From contig NC_086097.1 of assembly GCF_963921235.1 (NCBI RefSeq), forward strand, positions 75,518,001 to 75,582,000: a stretch of DNA of 64,000 nt. The letters are read 5' to 3'. Below, in pieces: positions 60,306 through 64,000 of the stretch. The notes below the pieces were generated by a model that saw only the letters and a list, made by a program, of their open reading frames with translations, was not told the origin of the DNA and did not search any database. Source of the DNA: Mobula hypostoma. Its lineage: Eukaryota. Each line of letters starts with the position of its first letter. Positions within the stretch are counted from its first letter, which is position 1. Both the position numbers and the translations under genes were made by a program.

Positions 60306-63300
60306 AAGTTAGCCAATGAAATGAACAGTTATCTGAAACTGAATCTTTTCTATTATACCTTGGACTCTTATCTTGTTAAGCACCCTTACGTGTGCCATCC
60401 TGTCAAAGGCTTTCTGAAAATCCAAGTGCACAATCTCCACTGATTCTCCTTTGTCTTTCCTTGTTTCTTATTTCCTCAAAGATTTCCAACAGATTTGTCA
60501 GACAAAATTTTCCCTTACGGAAACCAAGTTGACTTTGGCCTATTTTATCATGTGCCTCCAATACCCTGAAACCTCGTTCTTAATCATGGACTCCAACATC
60601 TTCCCAAGCACTGAGGTCAAGCTAAGCGGCCTCTAATTTCCTTTCTTCTGCCTCCCTCCCTTCTTGAAGAGTGGAGAACAGTTTGCAAGATAAGTCCTCC
60701 AGAACCATTCCAGAATCTAGTGGTCATTACTAATGTCTCTGCAATCTCCTCAGCCACCACTTTCAGAACCCTGGGGTGTAGTCCATCTGGTCCAGGTGGC
60801 TTATCTACCTTCAGACCTTTCAGTTTCACAAGCAACTTCTCCCTGGTGATAGCAATTGCACTTACTTTTGCCCCCTTATACTCTTAAACATCCAGAATAC
60901 TGCTAGTATCTTCCCCAGTGAAGATGGATGTAAAGTACTTAGTTAGTTTGTCTGCCATTTCTTTGTGCCCCATTACTACCTTTCCAGCAGTTTCACCTCT
61001 TTTTAACTCTTTATATATCTGAAAGAACATTTGGCAATCTTTTTGATATTATTGGCTAGCTTACCTTCAAATTTCATCTTTTCTGTCCTTACGTCTCTAT
61101 TAGTTGCCTCTTATTTTTTAAAGCTTCCTAATCCTCTAACTTCCCGCCAATTTTTGTTCCCTTATATGCCCTCTCTTCTGCATTTATTTTGTTTTTTGAA
61201 TTCCCTTGTCAACCACATTGCATCATCGGGCCTTTAGAATATTTATTCTTTGAGATGAGTCTGCACCTTCCAAATTTCTCCCAGAAACTCCAGCCATTGC
61301 TATTCTGCCGTCATCCCTGCTAGTGTCCCCTTCCAATCAACTTTTGCCATCTCTTCACTCATGATTATATGATTCCCTTTACTCCAATGTAATACTGATA
61401 CATCTGACTTTAGCCTCTCCCCCTCAAATTGCAAGGTGAAATCTATCATGTCATGATCACTGTCCCCTCAGGGTTCGTTTACCTTAAGCTCCCTAATCAA
61501 ATCTGGTTCATTTCACAACACCCAGTCCAGAAAAGCCTTTCTCCTAGTGGGCTCATCTGCAAGCTGTTCTGAAAAAGCTATCTTGTAAGCATCCTACAAA
61601 TTCGTTCTCTTGGGATCCAGCACCAAGTTGATTTTTGCAATCTACCTGTATATTGAAATCTGCCATGACTATCATAACACTCCCCTTTTGACATGTCCTT
61701 TCTACGTCCTGCTGTAATTCATTGCCCATATCCTATATGTTCAGAGACATATATAAGGCCCATCAGGGTCTTTTTACCCTTGCAGTTTCTTAACTCTACC
61801 CGCAAGGTTTCTACATCTTCCGATCCTATGTCACCTCTTTCTAAAGTTTTGATTTCATTTTTTTTTTACCAACAGAGCAACTCCACCTCCTTTGCTTGTC
61901 CTTTTGATACAAGGTGAATCCTCCAATGTTAAACTCCCAACCATGATCTTCTTTCAGTCATGACTCACTGAGTACAATTTAACTCTTTGCTCTGTCTGCA
62001 TTTGTACCCAATTTTTGGCTTGTCCTTCCTTACATTCATGTTACATCCTTACTTGCAAACCTGCTGGCACATCCTCAGCCCAGTCACTCTGGTTCCGCAC
62101 CCCTGCCAACCTAGTTTAAATCTTCCCCAACAGCTCTAGTAAACCTGTCCTCAAAGATATTTGTCCCCCTCGAGTTCTGGTGTACAGTTCGTCCCTGCCC
62201 AAGAAGAGTTCCCAATGATTTAGATATCTGAACCCCTGCCCACTGGGCCAGTTCCTCAGCCATTCATTTATCTGCCAAAACATCCTACTCTTGCCCTCAC
62301 TGGTGTGTGGCACAGGCAGCAATCCAAAGATCACTACTCTGAAGCTTCCACTTTTCACCTTTCTACCTAATTCTCTAAATTTTCTCTTCAGTACTTCCTT
62401 CCTTCTCCTACCTCTGGAATTAGTGTCAATATGTACCAAGACTTCTGGCTGCTCACCCTCCCCCTTTAGAATGCCATGAACTCAATCTGAGGCATCCCTG
62501 ACCCTGGCGCCCGGGAGGCAACATACCATTCGGATGTTTTATCATGTCCGCAGAATCTCATGTCTGCTCCTCTAACTGTAGAATCCCTATCACTACTATA
62601 GTCCTCTTCTTCCCCTTTCCCTCCTGAGCCACAGCACCAGACACCCAGTCACTGTAACTCTCCCCTGGATAGTTGTACCCCCAGCAGTGTCCAAAGCAAT
62701 ATACTTATTATTCAGGGGAACGGTCACAAGGGTATTCTGTACTATCTGCTCAATTCCTTTCCCTCTCCTGACAATCACCTAGGTACCTGCCTCCTGTAAC
62801 TTAGGGGTGACTACCTCCCTGTAGCTCCTATCTATCACCTCCTCATTTTCCCGTTTGAGCCGAAGGGCATTGAGCTACAACTCCAGTTCCTTAACATGCT
62901 CTCTGAGGAGTTGCAGCTCGGTGCACCTAAACCAGATGTGGTTATCTAGGAAATTGAAGGTCTCCTAGACTTCCATCATCTCTCACAAAGAACACAACAC
63001 AGCTATTCTAGACAACACAGCCTGAGAACCATTCTAGGGTATAGAATACTAGAGTTAGGGTACAGTCAAGCATTGATTATAGTTATCTGACTATATTCTT
63101 CTATTGCACAAATTGCAAAAAAACAAGAAGCTCCTCCTTGGTTTCATCTTTCATAACTGATCAATAACGTTATCATTTTGAAACCTTGTCTGACACCAAA
63201 CTGGAAGCTGAAACGAATATTAGGTTATCTGTTTACACCACATCCTCAGATCCAGAATACTGTTGTGACTGTGATCGAAGTCACCAGAGAGATACTGGAA

Positions 63301-64000
63301 ATGTGGATATGAGTCTTTATTCTTCACAACAAACAGACATTCTTGTGGAGGCACTTGTTGTGGTCTCCCAAACTCAAAGTACAGCACATTCTTATACCTT
63401 TAAGATTAATAGGTGATTCCATCGAGTTTCAATAGTTACATAATTTACTTCAATAGCTTGGGTTGATAATGCTTCCTTTGAATTGCATATCTACAATGGG
63501 CAACATCTTGAATGTTCAAAAACAAACTGATTGCAAGCTTCCCTGAACTTGCACAATGTTCACAATGTTTCAATGGTGCAAGTTTCTTAAACTCGTAGTT
63601 GGTGCAGGGCAATTAACACAACTCGTTGTCTTAACGCTTGGCTGATGCATATGCAAAAACTCAGGGTCACGATTATGCAAACCGTATCACGTAGTCTCCG
63701 CTCTGTATACAATATTGTTTACTTACAAAGGTGTGCTTTTAACTTCAATTTGCTGAGTGCAACTTACAATTTACATTAAGAACTCAAGACTGGTTTTTGC
63801 TTCAATTGATATCTACTCAATTCACATAATTCCAGAATATTCCCTGACAAATACAGGTGTTGAAAGTTACGGTAAAAAATCCAGAAAGCAGAGGGTGAGT
63901 TGAGAGCACTTGAGACAGGGCTGCTGGGGAAGATTGTGCCAAGGGAACCAGGGGGTGACTATTGCTGAAAGGTGTGAAGGTGAATCTGAGACATCTTTGG

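Larger units (their letters stand above)
59290..63003 (-). mobile_element. CR1 LINE: ORF1 plus deleted ORF2, with a nested Penelope element
   Basis: ORF1 VHIDTN..RELGRKVK..VVIFGLLPVP; ORF2 PGPDGLHPRVLKVVAEEI and RT remnants. Confidence 0.88.

Noticed and set aside
63186..63416. 76-aa plus ORF and a ~58-codon minus open frame (YKNVLYFEFGRPQ...)
   Set aside because: No family recognised and weak splice signals; would need BLASTX or RNA-seq support.

Overview
Vertebrate non-coding DNA dominated by transposable elements, not a prokaryotic locus. The repeat mix (HER1/CR1-type LINEs with esterase ORF1, an HE1-like V-SINE, SacSINE1/DeuSINE-like relics, Penelope-like elements) points to a cartilaginous fish, probably a ray; this is an inference. 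No host protein-coding gene, rRNA, tRNA gene or CRISPR array could be supported, and every long ORF is transposon-derived. Contents: many CR1 fragments (two about 99% identical, so very young), Rex1/Babar, RTE and L1-clade LINEs, two LTR-bounded decayed Gypsy elements plus an ancient fragmented one, a near-complete IR/DR Tc1 (DD34E) transposon, hAT-Charlie and Harbinger MITEs, and several SINE families. The most interesting signals are: (i) repeated minimal type-I hammerhead ribozyme motifs in Penelope pseudo-LTRs, including a 133-bp solo insertion with its own TSD and coding-free fold-back pairs; (ii) a 90-bp TGT...ACA hairpin with a 4-bp TSD, either a Ginger-like MITE or a pre-miRNA-like stem; (iii) SINEs that share a tRNA head but carry different 3' modules, with a likely donor family in the same window; (iv) a Gypsy element whose RT/RNase H was replaced by inverted segments. 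All calls were made by eye, and the boundaries of old elements are approximate.
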